Source: a virus (Duplodnaviria; Heunggongvirae; Uroviricota; Caudoviricetes). From it: a stretch of 13,047 nt of DNA. The notes under the pieces were generated by a model, which saw nothing but the letters and a program-made list of their open reading frames with translations, was not told the DNA's origin and searched no databases. Position numbers and translations under genes: made by a program. Every line of letters begins with the position of its first letter. Position 1 is the stretch's first letter. Positions 12,610 to 13,047 of the stretch are shown here, in pieces. The stretch spans positions 64,001-77,047 of IMG/VR virus record IMGVR_UViG_3300037119_002976. One strand, written 5' to 3'.

Positions 12610-13022
12610 TCCTCCTCCAGTCGTCGCCCGATGGCGAATGGGTGGACGATCCAGTCACCGGGGTCCGGGACGGTGTCCAGGACTCCGGTGACGTCGTCCG
12701 TGATGAACTCCCCGTCCTGGTAGAGCTCGTAGAGAGCCGTCCCGAAGCAGGGCGGGGTCGGTGCGGCCGCGATCAGCTCGAGCACTCCGCCACGCAGGCG
12801 GTAGATGCGGAAGCGGAACGGGCCCTCGCCGCGCGGGTAGTGCTCGTCGTAGCGGCGATCGTGATTGCGCCACTGACGGATGGGGCGGCGGGGGCGGAGG
12901 AGTTGAGTCCCCCACCCCCTCTCAACCGCTGGCGGGAGGTGCGTCTTCCGATGCCGCTGGAGGTTCGACGCACGGACCCGCATCCCACACCCGTCAGGGC
13001 ATGGAACCTTCGTGACTTTCAT
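12606..13022 (-). CDS. protein with an N-terminal C2H2-like zinc finger
   Basis: 138 aa; CPDGCGMRVRASNLQRHRKTH. Confidence 0.72.
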   Translation of the reverse strand: MKVTKVPCPDGCGMRVRASNLQRHRKTHLPPAVERGWGTQLLRPRRPIRQWRNHDRRYDEHYPRGEGPFRFRIYRLRGGVLELIAAAPTPPCFGTALYELYQDGEFITDDVTGVLDTVPDPGDWIVHPFAIGRRLEEE

Positions 13023-13047
13023 CCAGGGCCCTGCCTCTCTTTCAACC

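Noticed and set aside
1-13047. CRISPR array, IS element, integrase/att site, rRNA or tRNA
   Set aside because: No regularly spaced repeats, transposase or recombinase motifs, or cloverleaf structures seen.

Overview
High-GC (Actinomycetota-like) tailed-phage or prophage early/replication region. About 30 tightly packed minus-strand genes, most joined by ATGA/GTGA/TGATG overlaps. Recognisable products: three DNA methyltransferases (a beta-class N4/N6 enzyme running off the left edge and two tandem C5 enzymes), a RusA-like resolvase, an SSB-like protein ending in DIPF, a replication module (wHTH protein, initiator-like C-terminal domain, G39P-like protein), an HTH/zinc regulator and many small Cys/His-rich hypotheticals. 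No integrase, capsid, terminase, tRNA, rRNA or CRISPR array is visible. Structures the gene list does not explain: (i) an identical-armed 18-bp palindrome CTTCTCA-N4-TGAGAAG at 538-555 and 8370-8387, each on a stop codon next to a methyltransferase gene; (ii) a self-contained plus-strand cassette of two virion-type genes (5407-6144) inside the minus-strand early region; (iii) a DnaA-box cluster upstream of a wHTH gene that has a GTA codon behind a perfect SD and an apparent -1 frame switch fusing it to the next gene; (iv) a Pro/Glu-rich peptide coupled to a protein with a CxCGIYA domain of possible ADP-ribosyltransferase-like fold. All family calls come from motif recognition by eye, not database searches.
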